Assembly (NCBI GenBank): GCA_040954595.2
Contig: CM082586.2
Span: 1,053,630 to 1,117,629, forward strand
Direction: 5' to 3'
DNA from: Balanoglossus misakiensis
Lineage: Eukaryota; Animalia; Hemichordata
DNA: 64,000 nt
The notes under the pieces: generated by a model
The model's database searches: none
Told to the model about the DNA's origin: nothing
Seen by the model: the letters and a program-made list of their open reading frames with translations, nothing else
Part shown: positions 35,713 through 49,200 of the stretch, in pieces
How the letters are laid out: every line of letters begins with the position of its first letter
How positions within the stretch are numbered: the first letter of the stretch is position 1
Made by a program: the position numbers and the translations under genes

Positions 35713-37379
35713 CTATTGGTCTTTATCTTTTTGTTGTCTGGCTTGTTCTCTCAACTGAGCTCTTTTCACTTTGATCAGCATCTGGCCAGACACTATCACC
35801 CACATGACCTGGGAAAGGGAGAAGAGAACACATGTACATGTATCATTGATGAACATGTTGACTATTTGGATATTGTTGCAGACTGCTGGAAAACTTTGCC
35901 AATGTGTGTACGGTAAACTTTGAAAAATGCATCTCTCTGCTTCCTCAGAGTATTTGACATCAAAATGGCGCCCTCAAGAGGCGATTATGCAGTAAACGTT
36001 TTAACGCTGATGTCATAATGCCTTTCTATGACCTGGCCTGTTACTGTATTGGCATTTATTTACAAAAAAATCAGGTTTAAAATTTTGTGACTTACCACAA
36101 TGACTAAACAGTTGGCAAGTATTGGAACAGAAAAGACCATTGATATGAACAGGCCATTGGAGTCAAAATACTGCTGTTTGGCAAATTTCCTGAAAGAAAA
36201 TTAGGATTTTGATTAAGTATTGGGTATGTGCAAGTTGTGTTGGTACAAATGTTCTTGTAACCTGTGTGAATGTGTGAGAAAGCCTTGCTGGTGAATGTAT
36301 ACATGTACATGTACTCGTGATTTTGGGAGAGTGAGTGCAAATTTTGCCTTCAATTGAGTTTTTCACAGCCAGGAATTAAAGACAACTAATGAAGCAAAAC
36401 TGTTCACGACTGAAATATGGTCACTTACATGTAATGTGCTGCACAGAGTTCATTGATGGTCTCTGAGAAAAATACAAGCACCACTGCAACAGAACATTTG
36501 AAAAAAAAAATATCTTTTGAATATTTCCTTTCATAATCAAATTCGCTTCCAAGAGTATGAATGCAACTGCAGGGACACAGATGGTGCCCTTTAGAAGAAT
36601 TGTGTGTGTGAATCTATCAAAACTGATCACATCTGTGCAGGTAGTGGTACTTACATAAGACAAAGAAGTATACAGCTTGAACAGTGCTGAGCTTTCGGGA
36701 AGCAATTGTCAATATAAGGCAGAGTGTGTGGAAGACAATCAAACCGATGAGGAATGGTTCGGACCAGTCAATCTGAGAACAAGAAAAAATAGATAACATT
36801 GCAGCACCAGCTCAAATGTATCATTCATAGATATGAATGTTAATTATTACATGTAAATAAATCATGTAATTTTGATGGTAGGATAAGTTAAATTGGTCCC
36901 TTTGAAGTGGTCCGGTTGCTGAGACCCAGAAACACACTGATGTTTATTTCCATGTGCTAGGCTAGTTTAATGCTGTTGTTATTGTTATTGTTTGGAGTTG
37001 TGACGATCAACATTACGTACAAGGCATTGCACTTGCTCTTGATATTCTGGGATCGTAGTGAGTTGCGTGCGGCGATGAAACGTCGTAGTATCACGACTAG
37101 CCGGCCAGCCAGCCACTAGTAAGCGAAAGCATTGTGATGCCTGCTGTACACATGTACGAGGATCAGGGACTGCATCACAGTGCTTTCGATTGGCATTCTC
37201 TGATCGGAACATACCATGCATTTCACTGGAGGTAAATGACAAAGCATAATAACAGACAAACTCCCTTATATTCCCGCTCGCATATATCATTTCTAGAAAT
37301 CAGCCGAACTTACTGATTCGAAAAACGACCATAGTCCATCGATCTTGTCGACACGTATCGCATCTGCGGGAGCCGCCAT
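35713..37379 (-). CDS. TMEM18: Transmembrane protein 18, 142 aa
   Basis: Exons complement(37314..37379, 36655..36772, 36429..36483, 36096..36189, 35713..35808), GT-AG, phases 0,1,2,0. Motifs [48 protein letters not shown] and a basic coiled C-terminus match the TMEM18 family and its 5-exon layout. Confidence 0.95.
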
Positions 37380-37873
37380 TTTACTTCCGGTCTGGAGGGC
37401 CACATGGGATAGATCCGAAACCTGCTGTGAAGTGTCTTTTGATTGGTCGGTGTCAGTTTCATAATTAAGCCGCAAACCTAACGTTGTCGATGACGTTGCA
37501 TCGTTTCTCCCCACCGTAGTACAAGTTTTCCATTTCAAGTTTTTAAAGGCCAGAAAAGTATCGTATGCTTGCACTATTAAGCGACCAATTATCTGTTATG
37601 TGAGTGCATGACAAAGGCGCATTGACCAATAAAAAAGAAGTTGATTGAACGCTTAGGGCTATGTGTATTGTTGTGGTTGTGTTCTGGGACGTGCTTTCCC
37701 ACTGTACGTATGCATTATTGCTGTACTTGGGGCCCCGAGCTGAATGCTGACAGTGTGTGGACGCCGCGTCGAATATTCACGGGAGGACGGGGTCTTCTTG
37801 TACACTAGACTTAAAAAACAGGAGGCGAACAGTCCTCTAGAATATCAGGGCAGCGAGTTGAAGAATCTCTAAG
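37372..37873. promoter_or_regulatory. Probable bidirectional promoter for TMEM18 and a divergent + strand gene
   Basis: The minus strand reads CCGGAAGTAAAATGGCGGC: an ETS/GABP core abutting a YY1 motif that overlaps the TMEM18 ATG. CCAAT/ATTGG boxes at about 37442, 37586 and 37626, TGACGT at about 37490, and CpG enrichment. Confidence 0.55.
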
Positions 37874-37882
37874 ATGACGGCG
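37874..37882 (+). CDS. Candidate first coding micro-exon (Met-Thr-Ala) of a divergent gene whose body lies beyond the window
   Basis: aagATGACGGCG|gtaaga has a purine at -3 and a consensus donor, about 500 bp from the TMEM18 ATG. No recognisable coding exons follow for about 26 kb. Confidence 0.35.
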
Positions 37883-40800
37883 GTAAGAAAAGCACACGAC
37901 AGTACAGACACCTGACTTGCACGACGACAATGCATGCGCGATGATGATGGCTGTCTGTTGCCGACGGCCAACATTTTGTAGCATTGATAGGCGATGCACA
38001 TCCGACTTATTGGCGCATGCTTTACACAAACCATCTTGTCATCATTTTAGAATATCATATTGCGCGCAGTGACATTTCAAAAACACGGCTCGCTCATTCA
38101 TCACAAGACCCTTTTCAATGAATGAATCTGCAGCCTCGTCGTAGCCTTTCACGTTTAATTTTTCGCGGAACGTGTTTTTTTTTTATATAACGCACGTCAT
38201 ATTTTATGTGCCTCCAGAACAGAAGGCATGAACCTTTGCAATTTAGTTTTAGTAAATTTGAATATTTTTTTTTTAAATTGAAGAGTATGTTATTACATTC
38301 AATTTGTCAATTTCTAAAAATTGATACATTTTGCATCATAATGTATCTAAATATGTAACCTACACCTTTTGTGGGTGGTCCCCATTACTTTTCATGCAAG
38401 ATTTTTCTATGCATGAAATTCTTTTCAGTTTTCCTTTGATTCCATTTTTTATCACGAATCTGACTGAAGGTTGTCATCAAATAAAGATGATTGGGTTGCT
38501 GACCAAAATGACACTAATATCACACTTATGTTTCTATGGCAACTGCCATAGCTTTCTGATATTGCCTCTTGTGAGTTTTCACAATTATGCTCAGAAAACG
38601 GTAAATATGTCTGAAATTGCCTCTTGTCAGTTTTTACATACTCAGAAGACAAAATTGTTAAAACTGTAAAGGTTTGAAATTTACACATTGATTGGATGTT
38701 AGGCTTATGGTCAAGGCAGGGTTAAATCCCCACACCATGATTATTGCCATATGTCCAATCAGTGATTAATCAGGACAGCTACCTCACTTTTCTCAGCAAG
38801 GGTATGTACTAAATGTTCTCAACCCTTTTTGGCAGAGCCTGCAATGATACTGGTATTATTGCTAATTCAGCATATTTCCCTGTGAATAATTCATAATATG
38901 AAATTACATAAATAATTCATCATAGGAAACAAGAATAACAGTATGATGGCAAGAGATATGAATGATATTCCCATCAAGTGACAAGTGACAACTCCAAGGC
39001 TTGAGTGACAATGACAGGTTCAGGCATGGATGGTCGTAAAATGAAAATGGTTTCAGCCGCTGGGATTACCTTCAACTTTGAGTTGAACCTCAGTGGCCTT
39101 TTGGTGAATTTAGCGTAGTTTTTTTTTTCTTGTTGATGGTCGATAGATGCATACTGTGATTGCAATCTGGTACATTGAAAGCAGCCAGTAAAAGTAACCA
39201 ACTTTGAGGTAAAAAATATGCCGGACTAGAGTGTAATTCCAAGTTAGCTCTGATCATTAATGTTTATTAGTAGTAGCAAAAAATATAATAATAATATGAT
39301 TTTGATAGTGTCCCCATATAGGTACCTCATCACTTTGGAATTGACAAGGTCATGGTTCATTCAAGATGTCATATTTTGTTGTTTTTGCAAACTTGAATAA
39401 TGACTCTCTTATTTTATATCCCCGTAGACCAGTTTTTCATCTAGACAGGTAATCACAAACACAAAACATTAATTTAGACAGGGTTGGGTGAGTCGCATCA
39501 GTGATCGTAAAAATGTCATCTCCATCTGACAAAAGACAATTAATGACAGCAATAAAATTTTGCCCCAAATATGATTTTCCTTGACCATTTGCTTTGAATA
39601 GTTTTATAGTGCCTTGCAAGTAAACTAAATGAATGAATGAAGTCAGCCTTTTTTGTGTTATTTAGCTTAGTTTATTGTTTTATTTTATTGTGAGAAAATG
39701 CATCAGTCTGGTGTACTATTGTTTGTGTAAAAATATTTGTAATATTGTTGATAGTTTGATTTATGTCTGTACATAAATTCCGATGTCAACAGTGGATGGG
39801 TTGTTTTGATAAGGCCTCTACTATGGGTGTTTCAGTGGATATAGCCATTAGAACAAGGACATAGCTGATATGTACAAAAGTTATTGTAATTAACACCTTG
39901 TCTGTTTCTTGCATCATGATTGGTTCAATCACTGTCACATGGGGCTGTGTGTAATTAAAATATGCGCATGTTAAACACAATTTCTTCATGAAGGGGGAAG
40001 GGGTAAAGCTTCATTTTGATTAATATGTGCAGACAACTTATTTGAATATTGCTTTCACTTGTCTCCAATACTGTATCCCTGGTCAGATACTGACATTCAA
40101 ATATATCATTTTCAGCACCCTTGAAAAGAAATAATTTATCACAGTTGGATATAGCTACAGGTTGTGATGGCATGCCTGAAATTAGTTTCTCTTTACTATT
40201 GTCTTGATAGGCTCTGATAGGTGGATGATGATATCTATATATTGCATTGTATTGTATTTATTGTATTGCATTGTAGTGTACATGTATGCCATAGGCTTGA
40301 AGATAATAGGTAGCTGGCAGTTGGTAAAAATAACTGTGCATAAAATTCCTGCTGGAAACATACATTTTTCTGGGGTTCAATACATAGATAACTCTAAAAT
40401 GGCATATCTTTCTCGGTGGACTTTCAATGATATTATTATAAATGCTAACTCAAGAGGGCGCTGCATTCTGCCCCATTAAAGAAGCTTCGCACAACAAAAT
40501 TTTATTTGCCATACAAATCTAATTTTTCTCAACATGTGATGGTAGTTGCAGCTCCTGGTAAACTTTACACAACACTAATATGTTGCTTTAAATTGTCAAT
40601 AAATAAAAATGTCCCATTCCTTAGCTGGCCCTGTGTGCTGTATAAAAAATGCCATATTATAGTTTTCATACATACCAAGGTTGGTTTTAGTCAATCATGC
40701 CTCTACCTCTGATTGTGGAGATACATTTACATATGAATAAATTAAATAATAAATGTATGTCGCACCCGAGTCCCAAACGGATCGTACATGTACGTAATGT

Positions 40801-43800
40801 GTGAACAACACTACATCACTATGCAGGCTGAGTGGTTTCTTGGCGTGATTTTATGGATCTCTTTCTCAACAGTAACTAGGCAGGCCATCAAGTATCTTGT
40901 GATCTTACTGTTGATAGCTGTGTGACAATAAAAACAGGCATAAACCTTAAAGATTTAGCGTCATGCACTAAAGGGACTGAGAAAAATGTTCGGTTTACAG
41001 AGGTGTCTGGTTTATGGAGGTTCCTTAATGTGGTGTCCTATATATGACTTTAAAAAGGTGTAGAAATTCATGTCTGTTGGTTTAGAAATATTCGTCAATA
41101 TTGCAGAAATTATTACCCCTTGTGGTTTATGATGTGCTTTTATTTGGCAGTTTGTTGGAATGTTTTTTTGGCCGGATCGTATCTCTGGTCTGTGGTATGT
41201 TGTCTCTTTCAAGCGATAATCCACAAATACTTCAATGGCCATTTAACAGCAATCAAGTACACAGTTAAAAATTAACAAATCCCTGTCAATCCTACTTGGA
41301 AGATATTAGACTTGGTTTAAGTGGTGGGTTAAAAAACTAGCCATTTTAAAACAGCTTCTCATAAAGATGTTTACTCCATATGCAAAACTATTGGACTTTG
41401 GTGAGATCAAATTAACCCAATGGTACATGTTCTAGTCATTTTCAAGACAACGGTTTGTTGCATACATTTGCATCTATCTCTTGTGGTATATGCTAAGGTC
41501 TAAAAGAATTGAAGCTACTGTATTTTTATAACAATCATACAAGGTTGTGAAAGGTTAAACGTGCAGCTGGTGTAGTCTAACATTTTTCGACTGATTCCAT
41601 GGAGACTGACTATTTACATAACGATGTCCTAACAATGTGTGTGTAAGTGGAAGCTGCTTTGTATCAAAATGCCATCATTATATTATCAACACAATGCCCA
41701 GCTCCTCCCAAGAGTACGTCTCCAGTGCACAATGACCCGTCCTGTGTAAAAAAAAAATTTGAATCCTGCCAACGGAACCATAACAATTTAGAGAAGCGTG
41801 TACGGCCACCGGCAATCGGTCGCTCTTTTGTCTAATGGGACTTTTACGACGTTTCTTTCCCTTCATACCTCTGTCGTTACGGCCATACACACCTGTTAAG
41901 TGCGCACTAGGGACCGATCGCCGCCATTATGCGTCTGCTGACCTCGGAGTTAAATGCGGGAGCACACAGATTTAGAGGCCATGCGTTTTGACAGTTACGA
42001 AGACAAATTTAAGTATTTAGAGATCCTTCTGTTCAACCAGCCCATTACTCTTAAAACTACTGACACTTTTATTAGGTGTTTATTTGCGCATTCTTTCCTG
42101 TGCTCGGCAGAGGTTAGGACAGCTTTGATCACAGGTAAGCAGATGTCGCGTTTTTAATGTAAAAAGTGTATTTTCACAAAATATAATCGATATGATATAA
42201 TTAGCCTGACCCAAACCACTGCTACATGTAGTTGGGGAAAATTCCTGTAGTTCAGAATGTTTGTTCAGCTAGGCCACAGACCTTTTGTGCAGATGCAGCC
42301 TTATACATGATCAGCATACAGACATGTAATAAGGTGGTTATGTTTGTGTCTTGTGTTTACTTACAAGTCACTTAGAGGATTTGCGAGCAGTTGTTTTTCC
42401 AACCGCAGAGAATATGTACAGAGTTTTATGGAATGCAAAAGATTTCAACACTGATATTGACCTCTAGAAAGAACTGGGGAAGTCTCCATTTGTTCACTTT
42501 TCAATGTCATTGGACAAGTTCAGAATGTAATAGCGCCCTCTTGAAATATTAGGGTACATAACCAAGCACGCCAGATTGAAGCCTATGATATTATAAATAG
42601 CTTAATTACTAAACGTGACATGCAGTGTGAAAAGGTACTTCAGACATTGCGTGTGAGAGAGAGAACATTATGAATGAAAATATAGTTGAAATTCCTCCTG
42701 TGACGTTTCTGTCTTGAAAAATTCCTCAAAAGTCACTGGAAAAGTCTCAAAATGCCAGGAACTGTGCATGTTGACTTCGCGCATGTGAAAGCTGAATTTG
42801 GCTTGGAATTGAAATGCTGAAGACAAGCTCTTTAACCATCAGCTTGGGCATATATTGCATTACACGACTGACTTGATCGAGGTAATCTAGGCGGTTGTAC
42901 CTCTGTAAGCAAAGACAGCTGAAGTGGCAGAATGTAATGGGTTACCTGTGCGTGACAGGGATATATTCACGATTACTACGTGAAACAAATTCTCAACGTC
43001 TGTGTTTGTACTGGTCGGTTTGTGAGGAACACAGCAACATCTTGCATGGCTAAACCAGATGAGTCTGTGTAGAGAAATTGTAATCCATACAGTTTGCAGT
43101 ACTGATTAAAGAAACATGGAGACAATCACTAGGAAAGCTCCTGGAATTCTGAGCAACCTAGAGCACATATGAAGTCTGATGTACTCTTGTAACTTAGCAA
43201 CCACTCTGCTTCATTTGTCATGGCTACCATGGCAACGAATCTGTTGAACAGTCTCTTGACTGACAGGTACACAGGATTTTGTCACAGGTGTGAAAAACAC
43301 TGAGAATGCAAATATCTCATCAGAAAATTTCAATACAAATCTTCAGATTTGCTTGCATTTAAGCGATCATTTTAGCCGCGATAGTGCATTTTTTCCCTTT
43401 AATATAAAGTGTGATGTTTCAAAGCGAACTCTGTTTCCATTGCGACAGATGAGTGATAATTTGACAATAATATATTTGCAGTTAGACTGAAAATGACTGG
43501 GTTCCAAGTGATATGAATGAGGTGAGCCAGGGAAATGCGCATGTAGATGTAACTGGCAAGTTATGATTAATTGCCAGACAATAGCCCTGCAATGGTTGAT
43601 GCCCACAGTAATTTGTTTTTGGGCATTTACATGCTACATTTAACATGTCAAGTAACATAGACTGTCATATAAAACACTGTGATGGTTGATGAGTTCTGTC
43701 ATTCTACAGTGGCAAACCACCTAGTGATATAATAACATGATCAATAATCAAAACACAACTGGATTGTGGGAAAATAAATAGATCAGTGAAAAATCAGAGT

Positions 43801-46217
43801 ACAAGTGTACTGCCCTATTAAATCAGTATACTAGTATGTTTTTAGTGTGTAACTACATATGTGTATGTGAGCATAGTACGGTATAGCTGTTATACACACT
43901 TGTATGCATACATGCATATGTGTCATGTGCTTTTAATAGACTGTGTACATATTTATCGTGAAATTATAAATCATGTTTTTCCAACTCTGAGAGACTAACA
44001 GAAACAGATGCAGGACATAAAAAGGTTGTGTATGACAAAATTTGTAGGAGGAGCCTACGAGTTGATGGACATACACTGAAATTCTGATCCAGATTTTGAA
44101 CTTAAATGCATTACTTAGTCTTGATTACTTTTAATGAGTTGGATTGATGGAAATGAGGTTTGAGGTCAACTTTTATGGGTTGCCATAAATGCCTTTTAGT
44201 TTCCATGGTAGTATTGGCATTAAATCTGAGAAGGATAGTCAGGATCATATTAAGGGTTGATCGATGCTGATTTAAGTGTAAACATGGGAAAATTTGAATT
44301 ATAAAATAATATTATATTATTGTTTATTCATGTAGGCCAATTACGATGATGAATGACACCGAAGAAACTTTAGATTCTTTTGATAATTGTAGTGGAAGAA
44401 GTCTAATTCTTCCTCTGTAGCGATAGCAGTTGTGATTTGCAGAATCGTGACACTGCAGGAAAGGGTTTGAAATGTAATGTGATGTAATGGCAATGAGTTC
44501 AAACAGTTCCCTGTGGATCTATACATCATCTTTAATGGCAAACGGGGATGATTTTATTAGTGTTTCAGTGAAAGGGAAAATGTGAGATAAACATCTAAAA
44601 GTGGCATGTTATCTAACAGAAATCAGAGCTACTTGCTCTTTATGTGGAACAAACGTAAAATGCCTGCGTCATCATCATTTTGTTCGATGTTAAGTTGATG
44701 CTTTTTGGGGGAGGGGGGAGTTGAATTCTTTTAGTACGTGAATGTTGAACTTTGCTATTGGTCGATTGCCAGTACTTGGTGAGATTGGTTGGTTGTTCCT
44801 GTCTTGTAACTTGGCCGTGATTGGTTATTAAGAATCACATGACCCAACATTATCAAGCAGGGTGAATTACCTACCGTTAAAGTTTACACAGTCATAAATT
44901 TGGTAAACTAGTCCTTGGGAAAAACTTGGTTGTTTTGATGGAAAGTCACGACTCAAAATAGAATTATAGTAACGTGGTCTGAACGAGTTTGGTTGGAGAA
45001 ATGGCAACATCTGTAAAACATTCACTCCACTGGCGGTAATGAGACACTTCATGAAATATATAGTATATGAAATGTTTATATACATGTATAGCAATTATGA
45101 ACCCGTTAAGTTGTGATGGTAATGGGGTAGTATTATATCCTTGTTGCTCAAGGGCTTAACATTCTTTCATTGATTGCACTCTGCATAATACGACTATCAA
45201 TGCAACTCTCGTTCGATAATTATGTGTTTTTTAAGCTCAACAGACAAAGGGATTCTGAGCACCTCTATAATGTATGTATCAAATTGACAGTCACGTTGAT
45301 CCGACGATGTGCTTTTTTTTCATCTCCACTTTGAACGTAGCACTTGTATTGTAGCCTGCATGTAGTTGTTTCAGCTTAGTTCCTCTCGTAAATTTGGGTT
45401 GTGTAGATCAGTATTACTACAAACAAGAAATTCGCGACTGGCACGGGAGCCAAACGTATATTAGTCTTTAACGCCCAGAGAGATTCTCCCTGAATGCACG
45501 TATGGTACGTATATTATTTTATCGCTATCTCTTTCTCTCAGGGTTTTGAGTTCACTGTTTGGAAGTCCTCCTATTAATGCTAACAAATATTGACTGTGAA
45601 TGTAAAGCGTCTGAAAATGCTAGTGTATAATTTGACCGCTATGTTTTGTGGCGTCGTGTTTCGATAGGAAATTTTTTCCGTGGGATAACTGTATAATGCG
45701 TACACCCTTGAGAGATGAATGACTATTACAAGTATTACGGTTACAGCTCGATGTAATGGGAATTTGTCTGTATTAATATTGGATTAGCCCTGTGTGTGTA
45801 AAGCGCTCGCCTTATGGTCTTACAAAGTCTGACAGCAGCATTATCAGCTGTTGTTTCAAGCTTCAGTACTGTGTACTTAAGGTTCCTGCCATTTCGTTGT
45901 GTAAATTCCATTTGCGAAGATTTCTTTTCAGATCAACATCAGATCCAACTCTTTGGAGGTGAATTATGCACCCAGATACAGTGTCAGTGTTTTAAGATGA
46001 ATAGCAAATATTAAACTCCGAATCAAATTAAAATCTGCTATAAATAATCATCTGCGTGTAATGTCAGTGTTTTCTAACATTAAATGCGTAATTCAGGATA
46101 ATATCAGTTTTACCAAGCTTAGTCATAAGCGGTGAAAATTTCCAGAGCAGAGTAATAATAGAATGTGTATGGTATTTCTCAGTCTTGTTTTCAGAGACAG
46201 AGTAATTGATAATAATT

Positions 46218-46284
46218 CTTTGCTAATTTTAGTCGAGATGCGATAAATTTACTTTGCTAATTTTAGTCGAGATGCGGTAAATTT
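46218..46284. repeat. Direct tandem duplication, 2 x ~34 bp
   Basis: ctttgctaattttagtcgagatgcgRtaaattta at 46218 and again at 46252. Confidence 0.85.
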
Positions 46285-49200
46285 AAAGCTGGACATTTTC
46301 TCGTATCGTTGTTAATCAGAAAACATGCACACAATACATGTTTGATTTAATATTTTGAAAAGTAAGATTGCTTTCGGTTTTAGTGTTTATTGTCTCTCAT
46401 AAACCTTGGTGGGTGCCACGCATCGGGCAGGATCTGCTCACTCTTTTTAAAAAATAAACTGTGTGCTGCTTGAGCTTGTTGACATTCTCTCATGGTTGTC
46501 CTTTCTGTGTAATGACCATGATGGATGTACCAATTGATTTTATAGGCACAATTTGTGTGTACTTTTACAGCAGCATGAGAACTGTGCAGTTCAACAGACA
46601 TGCATTTTCCAATCAATTGAATTAGTTCATGGATATTTACTGTCATGTGGAAATAAACTTTAAGGTCAAATTCTTGGGCACAGGAATACTTTCTTTAATC
46701 AAAAGTTCAAAGCACAACCACGATGAGATTTTTTTAATGCCGCAACCCAAAAAACAAATTCAATCATTGTCTATAAATTTGTAAATTAGTTGCCTTGAAC
46801 TGAATGTAGTAATGAGAACATTTTACGTTGTCCTGACCTAGAACAGCTATAAGTACATAAAAATAAAAGTTTTTCCAAAGCCAGCATTTTCTCTTTGCAA
46901 TAATTTGTAAGGTGAGTGGCCTGGTACTGATAAAAGCCCTTGAATGTTTCACCGTGGCTGTACCGTAGATGCTGTGTTATTGAACACAGAACAGGGTTGC
47001 TATAAAAATAGCCCGGTCAATTATGTATATGTAATTTGTATGCAGTTGGATAATGAATCAAAATAATCTAATATTATATGTTTGGAAACTTGTTGGTACT
47101 GTAAATTTGTTACTTCAGCCTAAAGGTACATGTGTACAGTGTAGCATGACGTACATACTGTAGGAGTTTGCATGGATGTACTGCAATATAACTGGCGTGA
47201 GCAGTGTGTATTAGACACTGCTGCATCACTGTACATGACTTTCATGTATATGTGAACACATCGCTGATGTAGAGTTCATTCACGCTGTGTAACTGACAGA
47301 TCTTTACAAAGTACGCCAGGTAATTGTACTTTTCCATCAGTGTGAAGTTTCAATGTATAATGTTACAAGAAAAAAATCTGAAAATCCAAGCTGTAAAAGG
47401 GGATCTCGGAGATCAAACGGCTTCCTTCGTATCTGTCCCAATAAAGAACTGATCAAAATCTAAGCTGTTCTAATTCTTGGCAGAAAACATCACTCTTTTT
47501 ACTGTTTCATGTAACGGCAGTTTTTATTACATTCGCCTATTACTGTTTATTGGATACTGGTAAATGCATAAAATCCCAGAGTTTTATCTAGATTAAATTC
47601 TCAGACTTTTAGATCGCTGTGAGTGGATTTTTTTGGGTCGACTGTACGGTACATGATAGCTTGAGAAACCCTTTTCAAACTTCAGAATATTTTTATCGGG
47701 AGATTTGATAGTATTGGCATTAAATATTGACGACTGTATCCAGAGCTGAATGGGATATCGCTCATGCGTGTTCTGAATGCCGAGCAGTTGCCCTACCCTG
47801 CAGCGAAATGGAAGAGTCGCGAGTCGGACCACTCCCACCCCTTACTGGGTATAATGGTACGGTCTACGAAGATGCCGCTTGTAATCTAACGCTGGAGTGG
47901 GGAAAGATTTCAGCCAATAGGTGCAATTAAGATGCCGGGATCCGTAGATAGATGACGAATAGCAGATATGAGTGGAAAGCGCACAGTGTTGCCGTGACTG
48001 AATAAAAAAAAAACTGACGACCTGTCACTTGAATACAAATTACCGACGGTTTGACTAAACACGGGCGCAGTTTGCTAAATTGCAGTTAGTTTATTCAGAT
48101 TAACCTAGTTACAGCATGTACGTTCTCCCTGTTTGTCAGCCTCAAGGTAAGCCTCCTTTGTTATTGGTTGCCTGTCAACTAACCCAGGCATTGTTTTAAC
48201 ATTTTATTTATATATTCTAGACCCGCAGTTGCAATTTTAAAGTGCAACCTCTTAGTATTTTTAATCTAAATGATTTCAGTTCAATCTGAGTTATATTTGA
48301 TTTTTAATAACAAATTTGCAAGCGGTGCTGACTGAGTGATGGAGTAGGAAATATAGCTGTGGACGTATTGAGTTTCAAACTGTCAAGCGATACACTCCAA
48401 ATTTGAAAAATGATGTCACGTTCAATCAAAACCGAACAGCAATCATGACAGTGTTGGAATAGTTTCCTGGTTTGTGAGCGTGGATACTACACGAAATGTG
48501 GGTCACCGTGCGGAGATTGCCACTTCAAAATCAGAGCATGATATAACAAAATTCTTCTGCTTGTTTCAAAAACCGTTTATAAAACACACAAAATTTAACT
48601 TAACCTGCCGCTAACACAACTAACTTAATTTTAATAATGGAATTATTGGGACTTTTTCTTTTATATGGTGGATAATAATTATGATTTTTTCACATGAAAT
48701 TTTTCTGGTGATATTCTGCTCACTTATAATAATTAGCAATAGCATCATTGTTTTCACCAAACCAGACTTTAGCTATAAACAGCATAGTTATGAGCCAAAA
48801 TTAGGCAGTACTAGTATATAATTAGTCCCGTTGTTATTCTCTTACAATTTATGCCGGTAGTATCATGTCGTCTAGTATTGTTTCAGGCCAATTGAGAGAC
48901 AACCAACAGTGCAACGTTCCATTGTATGTAAAAAAGTAAATTGTATAGAGTAAATAACTGAAAATTTTCATGTGAACCAAAATATCAAAATACATGTAAG
49001 TTAGAAGATAGCCAGATTATTGCATTCAATCGGAACGGAATGCCCTATGTAGATTTCTCTACTTGGACGCTGTTTGTGAAAACAGAAATTAACGTAATTT
49101 GGCAAACGTGCCAGTTTTGCGGTGGATGCAGTTGTGAATGCTGCCAGCACAGAGCCTTTAAAAAAATTCAATGAACTCGTAAACTGTATCTGATGTTTAA

